A stretch of DNA of 64,000 nucleotides from Geosiphon pyriformis uo1 (lineage: Eukaryota > Fungi > Glomeromycota). The notes below the pieces were generated by a model. That model did not search any database. It saw nothing but the letters and a program-made list of their open reading frames with translations, and had not been told where the DNA came from. The stretch spans positions 341,663-405,662 of the forward strand of contig JAAOMT010000088.1 in assembly GCA_016748015.1 (NCBI GenBank), written 5' to 3'. Below are positions 25,678 to 39,220 of the stretch, piece after piece; position 1 is the stretch's first letter, and each line of letters starts with the position of its first letter. The position numbers and the translations under genes were made by a program.

Positions 25678-27752
25678 TTATTCTTTTTTTTTAATATTAA
25701 GCTCTATTAAAATCTCTTAAATTTCCTAAATTTATACTAATACATAAGTGAAGTTTTAATCTGAATGCAGTTTTTCTTAGATGTTTAAGATTAAATTCTG
25801 TTAGTATTATGCATGTATTTTGGCATAATACTTTTATTATTATTCCTAAATTATTTAAGTTTTTGCTCTTGTAAAAGATCTGGAAGTGTGATATATTGTT
25901 TAAAGTTTTCATTAGAGTTTGAATTGTCATTATTGTTATTATTATTGTAAACAGAGTTGGAATTATTGTTGTTATCATTGTCAGAGTCTGAATTGAGATT
26001 AAATTTTGATTTCAATTTTAAAGTGTAGCTGTTAATTGGTTTTTCTTTTTCAGAAATTGAATAGATTATGTGTGATAATGGATTGTAAATAAGATTACAC
26101 TCATTATAATATTTAAAGTCACTGAAAATTGGGCAATATTTACAAAGTTTAGTGTTTAATTATTCTAAATGCTGCTCTTGTTTTTCTCAAATAGGTGCTA
26201 GATCTTGGTAATAAAGTGGTTTTTTTTGATTCTAATGAGTATAAAATATATTACCCATTATTTGTTTTTTTTGTAAAAGTAGTAACTTGTGGTTTGTCTT
26301 TTTTTTTTTTTTTCTTGTTATTCTATAAGAGTATTGTTGATAGCATATTGTGCTTGTTTTCAGTTTATAAAACTTGATAGACTTTTTAGATAAGTTTCTC
26401 TTTTTCTTTTTCAAACTTAATTAGTGGTAATTAAATAGTAGTGTTTGTTTTAAAGTGGTTACAGATAATAGATATCCAAGTTTGCTGACTATTTCGACTG
26501 AGCTGTAGCTTCTGAGTGTTTTAATTAAGCACAGTATTAGTTTTAAACAGCCAGTTATTACCAATGAGAGCTTGGTACTGTGTAATTTTTATTACCAAAA
26601 ACTTTAATTAGCATAAAAATGCTGTTAACTTTGAAGAAAAAGTTATTGATTTTGTCAATAAAAGTCTTGATTGTTCTATTAGCTGTGATAATTCTGGTGC
26701 TGATAGTACAATTAACTTAATAATCTAGTTGGTTTATAAGTTGTTGTGTAATAATACTGCCTGCTAATTTACTATTAAAGATTAACTTGATAGATTGGCC
26801 ATCAACTTTGATATTTGTGTATATTATGGTAATTGGTTTGGCCTTAAAAGCAGCTCCACTAAATAAAGATGTTATTGCTAATTTTTTTAATTTGAAAAAA
26901 AAATGGCTGCAAGTAATTCATTTTTGATAACTATTACTGATGGAATATTGTTGGTAAGTAGTGTTGAGTTAGATTCTAAATTGTTAGATAAGTTGTTTTC
27001 TGAAGTAACCAAAAGACTTAAATTGTTTTAAGAATTTGGGTTTTGGGTATATCTATTTCCTGAACTTTGCTGATATAATTCTAATAACTGGTTTAATAAA
27101 CTAAAAATTGGTTAGTGCATTACCATTATTGATCTCTAATTTTGCTGAATATAAGTGATTCTTGGTCTTAGATTTTTGATTAATATAAGCATAATAATTT
27201 AGAGTGGTGCTTAAATTTGTTGAAGTTAATAAATTACTTGTAGTTGTAGTTGTTAATAAATAATTAGTGCTAAAATTTAATAAACAGAAGATATGTATAT
27301 TGATTGTTGTGTTATTTGTATATAAAATGGTTGGTATTGTTTCTGATTCTGAATATAATTTGAAGTTTGGAACTAACAAGTGAAGTTTTGATATTAATTT
27401 TTCAATTATTGGTTATTTAATCTTGTATAATAGTTTAATTTTAAGTGTTCTTGTTTACCACAATAGTGGCAGATACATATTTCTTGTTGCTATAATTGAT
27501 TGGCTGATAAAAATGATAAACATGGCTGATTTTAGAAATAATTAGAGTTTCTTTGATCATTATAACATTGTGGAAGTTAATAAATTGTCTAATTGTTAGC
27601 TAAGTATCTTTCAATTTTCTAATTAATATAATGCAAACCATTTATAATCATCAAAAATATAGATTAGTCCGAAATTTTAAATGATGATTTTTATGTGTTT
27701 TTATTTATATAATTAAATTTTATTGGTTAATATACATGTGTTTTTAATATAT

Positions 27753-28420
27753 TGTTACAGTTGAAACTTATACTTTTTATTAATTATCACATATATTAAT
27801 CACTGATGTCACATAAATTAGCCACTCTATTTTTAAAAAGTGATTATTGATCTGATCATTGATTTAGTCATTGACCTGATCATTAACTATTTTTAACAGC
27901 TATATAAATGATGAATCTCTTAACTGTAGAAAATTATGTAGAAATCAAAAAAATCAAATAAATAAAAAAAACAACTTTTATCTCAATCTTTCTCTTATTG
28001 CTAATTTTTCTTTTTCTACCTTTAAGTATCTGAATATTTTAGGATAAAAGATCACTTGTTGGTTATTCCCTACCTTTTTCCTAAAATGTATAATTGCAGC
28101 ATTTGAAGATTATTGAATAAAACATGACTGAAAAGTACATTTAATACTTGATATTGAATTCTAAGAGCACTAATGTGAAACATAGAATTATACCAGTGTG
28201 TAATTATTTGTTGACAGTATAGACTATTTCTCTACTTTCAGATTTCCCAGTTATTTTTGAAAAGTATAGTGACTGAGATATTTTATGAGACTGATTTCAC
28301 ATATTAAATCCATACTTATTCAATTCGCTCTTTGAAATTGAATTCTTTTTGATTTCTTTCATCACCCTACAATTCTGTTTTCTCTTACTATCTGTTAACT
28401 TGTTACTCCAATCTGTAACA
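27753..28420 (+). repeat. E2 5' LTR
   Basis: TGTTAC...GTAACA; direct repeat of 34748-35486. Confidence 0.95.
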
Positions 28421-28426
28421 TAAAAA

Positions 28427-28443
28427 TGGTGCTCCCTGTAAAG
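28427..28443 (+). promoter_or_regulatory. E2 primer-binding site (TGGTGCTCCC...; elongator Met or Ile(UAU) tRNA are candidates)
   Basis: TGG-initiated motif 6 nt after the 5' LTR; decayed versions follow the E1 and E3 5' LTRs. Confidence 0.65.
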
Positions 28444-28472
28444 TTGTCAAAATCCACTTTGTTTCCTATTGT

Positions 28473-30025
28473 ATGGATAATTATTTATACCTGCCACAAC
28501 AATCAGAAAAACACTTTGAAACACACAACAAAAATAATCTAGACTTTATTAAACTCAATCTTTTGTCCTCCTGCTTGATTTGTTTCTCTATTAAAGAACA
28601 ATCCAGCAGACAATTCCAAGACTTTTGGAACTGGTTTCTGAATAAACATTTAGCTGAAACCTATACAGCTTATACAACTTATTACTTTGATCAAGCTTAT
28701 TTTGAAAACAACTTTAAAGAAAAAAACAACAGTATCAATCAGCTTTTATATTCCACAACCTTTGAGCAGCAGCTTCTTAATTTCAAATATTTGAATCATC
28801 AAATCCATATTTGGATTGCTGTTCATCAATCAACTAAAACTTCCTTTGAAACAAAAGAAGAAAGCTATCAAACTGCTCTTGTTTTTGACCTTTTATTAAG
28901 CAAATCAGATTCATCCACATAAACAGTTACCCCTAAACTAATGGCTAATGACCCCATACAACAAAACATTCTGATCGCCCTCCAAAAGATACAAACTGCT
29001 CTAGGGCGAAGAAATAATACCTTACTATCATTATTCAGAGACAATGCACAAGATCCAATTAAATGGTTAGATGACTTTGAAAGAGCTGTTACAGCCAACC
29101 AATATAATAATAAATACAAGTTTCAAATCATTGGTGGCTACTTCCAAGACTCTCCTGCTATCTGGTTTTCACAAAAAACTGATGCTAGTGTTTACCAAAG
29201 AATCATTAGATGGGTACCAACAAATGCTGGAGAAGAAAACACATCTTTTACAACCCAGTTTGAAATTAAATTTAAAACTTCTATCTTAATATTCAAATAG
29301 CATATAAAATTAAAAAAAAGAATCCAAGATTCTGGTAAAGTTGTAACTGAGTATGCCAAAGCAATCAGAAAATTAATCAAGTGAGTAGACTTTGGAAGGA
29401 ACTAGACAGAAAAGCAAAAGATTTATTCCTTTAAAAAAGGATTGAGAACTGATCTTTCCTATGTTTTTTGGTCCCTTCTAGTATTAAAAAACAATCCCAC
29501 AATGCTTATGGTCATTGAACTTGTCCAAAGAATAAAAGACAATCAAAGAATACACCTAAGATTCACACTTCCAGTTTTTGTTCCTGCTCCTGTTATGGCT
29601 TCTGCTCTCCAAATGACTGCTACCTCTTTTGCTGTCCAAATTCAAGACTCAAATGAACAGTTAATAGATAGACTCACAGTTAATCTTGCCTGGTTACTGG
29701 AACTCTTAGCTTAAGCAGTTAAAGAGAATCAACAACTCCAAAGACCCAGATTTAAACCCCATTTTAGTCAGCCTCAGCAGCCCTCTTACCAAAAACAGCA
29801 AAATCATGGCCCACCTGTATGCTACCACTGTGAATTAACTGGATATTTTTTAAAAGATTACAACAATTCTTCTTTGCCATCTCCAGCTCTCAGAAACAAT
29901 GATAATTAAAACAACAGAATCAACAACAACAATGTTTCCAATCAAAAATCTAATCATGCCAACATCAATTTCTTTGGAGAGAATCCCTTAGTTAAAGCCA
30001 CTGTTTATTAGTCTTTAAACTAATA
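28473..30025 (+). pseudogene. E2 gag with long N-terminal extension
   Basis: ORFs 28473, 28941 and 29442 share one frame; FRDNAQDPIKWLDDFERAVTANQY (retrotransposon gag); knuckle CYHCELTGYFLKDY. Confidence 0.85.
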
Positions 30026-30109
30026 AGCACACCTTTAAAGGGTGAAAGTGCAAGCCAACCAAAAAAAAACCTCTTTTATGTCTTTAATCTAACTGATGAT
30101 GATTATGAT

Positions 30110-33100
30110 ATGGATAAACTGGCAATTAACACTTCTGACTTGACAAGAAAAAAAAAGAAAGCCAAAGTTGATTTTGTTTTAGATCTCAACAAAGCCTCAA
30201 CCTCCACTGCTAATAACAATGAACCACCAAAGGCTAAAGTTTTTAAGAATTCTTCAAAGTTGGAATCCCCAGAAATTGTACAAAAATCTGGACCCTATTC
30301 TGTTGTGAAAAATCTTATGAAAACCCCAGCACATATTACTTTTGGCCAGTTAATGACCCATTTATAATTTAGAAAAAATCTTCACAAGTCATTGATTCCA
30401 AAGAAAAAGACACCAAAAACCAACAAATGTTCACACCAAGCTGGACTTGTTGACAATACCAATGTTACCCTTCTTATTTGTAAAGCCCAAGTGGCTGGTT
30501 ATTTCATTGATTTGATCCTGAACAATGGATTATCTGTTAGTATTATTGCCAAACACTTTCTTAAAGCAATTGGCAAAAAGATTGATGAGTCTTTCACTCA
30601 ACCAATGACCAACATACATGGTGACAAGAAAAAAGGTTTGGGCATAGCCAAAGCTATTCCTGTTCACATCAATGGTATTAGCATTGAAACTGATATGGAA
30701 GTATTTAAAGCAAAAGAATACACCATAATTGTTGGCAATGAGTGGCTTAAGAAAACTAAAGCACTACTTGATTATGAACTTTGTGAGCTAACCATCAAAT
30801 GTGGTGAAAAACCCATTGTGGTTAAATATTGCCATTGGACAACTCCTCTAGTACTCAAGCAAAACCAAGAAGAAAAACAATTAAATGAATCAGATGATGA
30901 TAAGAGTGATAAAAAAAAAGATCAAAAAGAACAAGAAAAAACTGCTGAACTTACCTATACTATCTTCACCAGCAATGGCAAGCCACTAGACAATGTTAAA
31001 GCTGACAAAAAAGGAATCATAATAAATGGCAAGCTAATCTGCTGGTCCTATTATAATATCCTCAAAAGAACCTTTGATAGAAAGCCTGACAAAAAAGCAA
31101 AATAAAGTTATTAGTAGCATAGTTCTTGTACCAAATGCTGTGTGATAAATTTTTGTATTCTCTTAGTAATAAATGCAAGTCTTGTCTAATCTATTACAAA
31201 GATTGGGAGCCAATTAGTTTAATACCCTAAGAAGAACTAAAAGAAGTACAGAAGTTCTTTGAAAATAAACCACCTAAAATCTAATTACTAGTTGTAGAAC
31301 AAAAAGAACTTTCTCCTAAAGAAAAAAAAGTGGACATTGAAAATTTGTTAGCTAGGAATAGTCTAGTTATCCCAAAAGAAGGTGATACCCTTAAACAAAC
31401 CCATGTAATACAACACACTATCACCACAAAAAAAACTTGTCCCATCTATTTGAAGTCTTATCAATCCAATTGATGCAATGATGAATTTATCAAGAAAGAA
31501 ATAAACCAGATGAAAGATCTTGGATTCATACAAGAAACCAAGAGTGAATGGGTCTTCCCAGTTGTAGTGGTATCCAAGAAAAGTGGAACCCTATGTTTCT
31601 GTGTTGACTATTACTAATTAAATGCCATCACTATAAAAGACATATATTTATTTTCCAAAATTAATGCAATGCTAGATAAATTCAATGGTGCTGCTTTCTT
31701 TTCAACCATTAACTTAACTGCTGGATTTTGGCAAGTAGAAATGGATCCAAAAAACAGAAAGAAAACCACTTTTATTACCAAGTATGACACTTATGAATTT
31801 ACAGTTATGTCTTTTAGTCTTATTAATACTCCTCCCACCTTTTAACACCTGATAAACAAAGTATTTGAATCAGTAAAAAAAAACTTTGTTCTGGTCTACT
31901 TAGATGACATAATGGTTTATTTAAAAACCTGAAATGAACATCTTAAACATTTGCAGAAGGTTTTTGACCTGCTCAGAAATGTTGATCTTAAGATTAGCCC
32001 AATTAAATCTTTCTTTGGATGTCAATCCACCCAGTTCCTTGGTCATCTTATTACAAAAGATAGAATTTTCCTTGACTCAGTTAAAGTTAAAAAAGTCCAG
32101 AATATTAGACAACCAATGAATGTTCTTGAACTATGCTTTTTCTTTGGTTTGGCCTCTTACTACTGCAAATTCATCAAAGATTTCTCCAAAATTGTCTTTT
32201 CTCTTAATAAGCTATTCAGAAAAAATGTTAATTATTACTGAGACACTCATCAACAAAAAGCTTTTGAAATTCTGAAGGAAAAACTTGTTACTGAACCAAT
32301 TATCAAGCAATCTGATCTGGACCAACCTTTTATCTTCCACACTGATGTATCTGGCTATAAACTTGGTGCTGTTCTTTCACAGAAAATGAAAATAGCAGAA
32401 AACATGCTATAGTATATGTCAGTAAATATTTCACACCAGCAGAAAAGAACTATTCAATTACTGAACAAAAATGCTTAACAGTAGTTTGGACTACTAGTTA
32501 CTGAGATCAATATCTTCTTAGTGCAAAATTCTTAGTGATAACAAATTATCAAGCTCTAATTTGGCTGCACAATAAAAAGAAACTAGAACACAAATAAATA
32601 ACTTACTGAATATTTTACTTGAATGAATTCAATTATAATATTCAACACCACAAAGGAGCAAATTATCAAAATGCCAATGTTCTTTCTAGACTTACCATTC
32701 AGTAATAGTACAATCTTTTAAACCAAACCAACTTAATTATTAGTAAATTTTTCACAAACAAACATAATAATAGACTTGGACAACTACTCTGTCTTAATAA
32801 AATTTTTGGGTAAAGGACAATACCCACTAGAATATACTTGACAGCAAAGAGAACATTTGTGTAAACAATCAAATTTTTATTTGATTTGCCAAAACCAATT
32901 TTACAAAAAAAACAGAAAAGATCCTGACTGCTCCCAAAAAGTCATCAGATTTGAAGAAAAAGAAATTATAATATACAACATACATACTGACCCATTAGCT
33001 AGACACTTTGGAAAAACAAAGACAATTCAGAAAACTTTAGCTTGCTATTATTGGCCTACTTTGGAAAAAGACATTATTAAATACATTAAAACCTGTGATA

Positions 33101-34050
33101 TTTGCCAAAGAAGAGACAAACCCAATTGCAAAGAAGATATCCATCTAATCTCTGTTGGTCAACTATTTAACAGAATTGGTATAGATGTTGTTGGATCTTT
33201 AACAATAACTTCTGATGGCAACAGATACATTATTACAGCTACTGACTATTTTACAAAATAAGTAGAAGCAAAAACCACTCCAGACCAAACAACAGTTTCA
33301 ATAGCCAATTTTATTTATGAAGATATCATTTGCCATTATGGCTGCCCCAAAAAACATTTATCTGATAAAGGAAAAGTTTTTTTCAGTACACTGGTTAAAA
33401 AACTTTGTAGAAAAATGAGAATACATTATAAACTTTCCTCCCCTTATTACTTCCAAACAAATGGCTTAGTAGAACGTTTCAATAGAACACTATGTGAAAC
33501 CCTAGCCAAAACCAGTAAAAAAACAAACTTATGGGACAAAGTACTGTTTTTAGTTTTGTTTGCTTATAGAACTGTAAATTATAACATAACAAGTTATGAA
33601 TCTTTTTATCTGTTCTATGAATACATGACAATATTACCAATAGAAATTAACATTGACACAATATCCTTTGAAGAAATTACAATAAGAAATTACAAAGACA
33701 TTTTGCAAAAAAGACTTGATACTATTCTTGACTCCTTAGTAGAAGCATGAATAATTGCTTTTGAAAAGATAAAACAGTTCCAAGAAAAGCTTAAAAGAAA
33801 GAAAACCTATAAAATACTTTCTTTAAGTGTTGGTAACTTAATATTGGAATACTATTCAGACAAAAACAATGTTTATAGTGATAAATTCTCTAGCCAATAG
33901 AAAGGACTTTTTATAGTCAAAGTTTTGAACAATGGTTCTTATATTCTTCAAGATCAATCCAAAACAATCTTTAATGATCATCTTATTTATGATACATGAC
34001 TCAAGAAATATCATAAACAATCTGATTGGTTGTCTATTGTGGTAATACCG
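30110..34050 (+). pseudogene. E2 pol: aspartic protease, RT, RNase H, integrase
   Basis: DLILNNGLSV (LILDSG), IIVGNEWL, CFCVDY, YLDD, HTD.SG..LGAVL, HTDPLARHFG..YYWP..CDICQ, GIDVVG, NGLVERFNRTL. No chromodomain seen. Confidence 0.92.
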
Positions 34051-34745
34051 ACTTAAATAATCAGCAAAAATCAAGTATAAATAAATGCATTATTCTCAAA
34101 ACAGAGATATTTTCAATTAACATAAACAATTATTTTTTGGATCAAAACATTCAAAATACTTTCTATACTCTTCATAAGTATTGGATCAAAAACTATCCAA
34201 ATGCTACTTTGACTATTGGAAAACAAACTATCATAACTGATAACAGCAAAACATATACTATTAGTAGACCAAAGAAAACTACTACCAGAAGAGAAAAAAT
34301 TGGTAGCAAAATAGATAAATATCTGTTAGAAAGTATAATAGCAGTTATACTCCCACTTTTCAGCACAATTGGAAAAACACTTCAAGAAATCTTACTCATA
34401 AACAAAAACTTATCATATGGAAGACAATTAAAACTTTATGGTTGTCTTGATAAAATTATAGAGAATATGAAACTCATGAAGAAAACAACTTTAGAAATAC
34501 AGACAGAAATTTTGGGCATTATATGATTAGATATCCCAAGAGTTTTAACTATTGCTAAAAGAGCCAAAACTCTAATACAAAGATTTGATCTCTTGGATAC
34601 AAAACTTATTTTGTCTCAAGTATTATATATCCTATCCACAAAAGACTTCAACAAACTAGTTAGCTTTGAGTTAGATAAAACTCTTCAAATAGATTACAAC
34701 ATGAATAGCTTAATTTTGCCAGAGCTTAATCTCTTTGGAGAGGAT
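34026..34745 (+). pseudogene. E2 extra ORF downstream of pol, unknown function (~230 aa, one internal stop)
   Basis: ORFs 34026-34526 and 34593-34778 share one frame and run up to the PPT (GGAGAGGATAA, 34737-34747). Confidence 0.7.
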
Positions 34746-34747
34746 AA

Positions 34748-35486
34748 TGTTATAGTTAAAACTTATAATTTTTATTAATTATTACATATATTAGCCATTG
34801 ATGTCACATAAATTAGCCACTTTATTTTTAGAAAATGATCATTGACTTGATTAATAACCTGACCATTAATCTGATTATTGATCTAATCATTGACTTAATC
34901 AATAACCTGATCATTGACCTGATCATTGACTTAGTTATTAACCTGATTATTGACCACTTTTAACAGTTATATAAGTGATGAATCTCTTAACTGTAGAAAA
35001 TTATGTAGAAATCAAGAAAATCAAATAAATAAAAAAACAACTTTCATCTCAATCTTTCTTTTATTGCTAATTTCCTTTTTTTTACCTTCAAGTATCTGAA
35101 CATCTTGGGATAAAAGATTACTTGTTGGTTATTCTCTACCTTTTTTCTGAAATGTATAATTGCAGTATTTGAAGATTATTGAATAAAACATAACTGAAGA
35201 GTATATTTGATATCTGATATTGAATTCTAAGAATGCTGATGGGAAGCATAGAATTATACCAGTGTGTGATTATTTGTTGACAGTATGGACTATTCCTCTA
35301 TCTTTAGATTCCTCAGTTATCTTTGAAAAGTATAGTGACTGAGATATTTTATGAGACTGATCTCATATATTGAATCTATACTTATTCAATTCACTTTTTG
35401 AAGTTGAATTCTCTTTGATTCCTTTCATTACTCTATAATCCTGTTCTTTCTTGCTATCTGTTAACTTGTTACTCCAACCCGTAACA
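34748..35486 (+). repeat. E2 3' LTR with expanded 12-bp minisatellite (CTGATCATTGAC)
   Basis: 739 bp vs 668 bp for the 5' LTR; the difference is about six extra 12-mers. Confidence 0.95.
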
Positions 35487-35559
35487 ATATTATTTATAAT
35501 AAAAAATAAAATTTTATTAAATTTTATATAATATAAAACCAAATACAGTATTACAAAGT

Positions 35560-37570
35560 TTGAATATTATTTAATTTGTCTAATTCTTTAAGAATATTAT
35601 CTGGAATTTTTCTATGAAATTTATACTTTTTTATAGCATATTCTACTAATTTTTTATAAGACTTTTTCTATAAAAATTTATATAACACCAATATTTTCTT
35701 AAAAATTATCTAATAGTTATTAAAGATACTAATTAAAAACTTTCAGACACTATTCTTTGTAATCTTTTCCATAAATAATCACATTTGTTATGTACATATT
35801 TTTTAGCAGTTCACTAATATCTTTCAATAAAATTTAATTCACAATAAAATTTTGGAAAAAAAATGCATTTATGTTCCATACTTTTGATTAATTTTTTAAT
35901 TGCATTTTTTTGAGCAAAAAAATCAGATTCCAAAGATATTACTCAACATACATAACAAGAAACTTTTGAAGAATCTTTGATTTTTTCTTTGCATTTTTGG
36001 CATTCTAATACTAATTCTTTTGATGACCATTTTCTTTGTTCTATTAATATTTGTTTAATTTTTTTAGGCAATCTTTGAAGTTTTTTATCTGAATATGTTT
36101 CCAAAAAGATTATTAATTGTAATTAATTATCTAATCCAAAAGAAGTATCTTGCATTAATAATTGCTTTCCACCTGGACTTAAATTCATCCTGCTTGTAAT
36201 TAAAGCATCTTTATTAAATGCTGCATGATTAGAGCTATTATTAAAAACAAATACAATTGTACAATCCAGATATAATTTTTTAAAAATTGGAATTGCTTTA
36301 CATTTAATTTGTTTAAGAAAATGGTTTGCTGTCCAATAATCATTTTGATTTATACCAGTTTGCAAATAGCATTGTGTTTCTTCTAGTATATTAGAATAGT
36401 TTTTTATATCATTTTGTTGTAAACATAAAAATCAATTAATTTTAGTTAGAAATTTATTGACCATAATTGATCTTACATTTTTTTTTTCTTAGTAGCAAAT
36501 TTTCATGCTCAGTTCATATGTCATGCTTGTCATTATTTGAATAAAAAATGCATTTATCATGGACTATAAGAATTCTTTCTTTCTTTTTATTAAGTAAGTT
36601 GAAACATATTTGATCTATAAATTCACTTTTATACTTTAACATATACTTTTTATGCTCATATATTTTTTTTAAAAATTCTTTTCAAGATTACAAGATGTCA
36701 TTTTTTTCATGTCTATTATAATATAAGTCTTAATAATATTGTTAGAATGAATAACCAAGAATTTTAAGCCATCTTACTGTAGTTATAAAACAAATAGTTT
36801 TTTCCTTTATTATTTCAATATTGGAAAATAATTCATGTTCAATGAATTTTTTAAATGTGGCTGGAGTGTTATTGAAGTTTTGGTTTTTAATTTAAATATA
36901 ACATCTTTCTATAATGTCTTTATCATCAATTATTCTTATCATTTTTTGGTGTTTTCTATGTTTTGATGTTAAAAACTTATTATTAAGCAACCAATACTTT
37001 GCAAGATATCAAATTTTTCTTGCTTTTCATATACTATTATTAATAAAAACTTTTTGGACAATTTTCAAACTGGCATTAATTTTTCCATGTCTATTATTAT
37101 TATTTAACAAGATAAAATATTCAAAAATAACTCTTTTTTGATTATATTTGAAAACAGTTAACTGAACATATTGTTTTTCTAAATGTTCTTTTAACTCTTG
37201 TTATTTTTTTATTTGACTAGCATACAGATCAACCATACTTTCTGAATTGTTTGAAGATTTATTAAATTTGGGCCATTGTAAGTCTGTAGTTTGAGCATCA
37301 TTAATATTAAAGAAAGTGGTAATTTTTTTAGTTCTGGCTGCTGCTTTGATAAAATAATTATTTGGTCTATATTTATTATAATAGATTGACTTTGGTATTT
37401 TTTTTGTTATATAAGAGCCTCATTTTTTTTAGATGATTGTTATTTTTCTATATTAAACTAAGTTTTTTTAAATTTGTATTTATTCTAATTGTGGCTTTTA
37501 TATCTTTTGTATCATTCTATCTACTGTTATCATCATCATTCTACTCTTTATTACTAATATTCAGTCTGTT
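35560..37570 (-). pseudogene. DDE transposase of the IS630-Tc1-mariner type (degenerate)
   Basis: ILIVHDKCIFYSNN (HDE, first D), YWTANHFLKQIKCKAIPIF...FVFNNSSNHAAF.KDAL..SRMNLSPGGKQ (FDNS, second D), PKFYCELNFIERY (E). Ends approximate. Confidence 0.85.
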
Positions 37571-37878
37571 AAATTCATTTACTTCAATATTATGATTATT
37601 TATTAAAGTGGTATAATGTGTTTTTTTATATAATTTTTTTGTATTTCTAACTTGATCTTTAGCTTTTCTTTTTTCTTTAAAATAAAGTAGTATTTTTTTA
37701 TATGATGTAATATTAATCTAGTGTGTAATTGGTACTTGGACAGAATTAAAGGATTTGAACCATGTAATGTTGTACAACAAAGTTGTATCACAATAGAAAT
37801 GGCATTTTTAACTCAGATATATATCTATTCTTTGAATCTTTTTGGTTTTAATTTAAACTTTAATTTTTGTTTTGTAGT

Positions 37879-39220
37879 TCTGAATAAAAAACAATCAAAA
37901 AAAACTCTTTTGGTATTCATTAAAAAAAATTTTTTATTGAAATTAGGGAGATTATCTGAGCCGAAAATTCAAGTAACATTAATAAAAATAGTTACTACAA
38001 AATTTTTTTTAACTTATAACAAAAAATTTGGGCAAAAAAATCTAATATTAATAATTGAATAATCAACTCAAAAAAAACCTGATTTTTAAATTAAAGCTGA
38101 TTTCTTAAAGCTAATGAAAGATTTATTGCAAATAATTGTTAATTAAAAAAATAATAAGTAAGAATATTTGAGATAGATTTCAATTTTAGTATTATAGTTT
38201 AGTTGTAATTTCTTATTTTCATATTCAGGAGTTGACAATATGCTGAATTATTTATGAATTTACTGTTTAAAGAAAAATATTCAGAATATTATGATGTGAT
38301 TAAAAAGCCAAGATTCTTAAACATAATTAAAATTGATACTATGCACTTTTTTCTTATTAGTCACTTAATACTTGACATATGTTTTCTATATTACATCAAT
38401 AAAAAATTTGAAAAAAATATTATCTATTTATGAATTTGATCAGGACTTGCAATTGATTTCAAAAATGCCATGTATTTTAATAATAATTTATGCATTTTTA
38501 AAGATGCCAAATTCTTATAAATAAGAAGTTTATTAGATCTTTACAAAAAAATCTTGGTTTTATCTACTTAAACTAATATATTTTATACATTTTTTGCATC
38601 AAAACAAACTTATTAGAAAATGTACAACATTAACAAAAAAAAGCTATTCAAGATTATAGGCTTTAAGACAATTTCAGTTTTCTCAATTAAAGTAAAGCCA
38701 AAGATTTTTCAATTTTAATTTAATTTTTCTAAATTAACACCAACTGATATAAGTTTTTTGATTATTGTAATAAGCTATTATATATCACATTCTAATAAAT
38801 TGTTGAAATATTCAACAATTGAAATTCTTTTTATAGTCTAGGAAACCAATTCTAAAACTAAATTATAATTTAATCAAATACACAATAGGTATTTTAGTCA
38901 TTATATTTCTCTTTGGTATAATTTATTATTCAAATATTAAATTTAACCAGAAACTTTTATTACAAAAAATTTTGTATATCTCTTAGATCCAAGCAATTTT
39001 TTAAAATACAACATTATAGTCATTGAAAGATTATTTATGAATTTAAAATAAGTATTCATATTATAATAATACAAGATTACAAATAGAATACAAATGATAT
39101 TTTCAAATTCTTTAACAATTACTCATAGTACTTTTATAATTCTTTTGATACTTGATGTGAACAATATTAATATCTGAATTTTTGTCCCAATAATAATAAC
39201 CGAATATGGTGGTAGTGTAA
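37879..39220 (+). pseudogene. Intron-containing bromodomain protein gene carried inside the DNA transposon
   Basis: Exon ~37879-38157, intact GT-AG intron 38158-38228, exon 38229-38331, decayed intron, exon ~38403-38520 give LMKDLLQIIVN*KNNK/S*QYAELFMNLLFKEKYSEYYDVIKKPRFLNIIK/...EFDQDLQLI(F)KNAMYFNNNLCIFKDAKFL. A protein-like frame continues to ~39220. Confidence 0.82.

Larger units (their letters stand above)
27753..35486 (+). mobile_element. Full-length Ty3/Gypsy element E2 (gag, PR-RT-RNaseH-INT, extra 3' ORF)
   Basis: LTR pair, TSD ATAT on both sides, PBS and PPT, YLDDI at ~31897, FQTNGLVERFNRTL. Confidence 0.95.

Noticed and set aside
34835-34956. CRISPR-like array
   Set aside because: Head-to-tail 12-bp minisatellite without unique spacers, inside a eukaryotic LTR.
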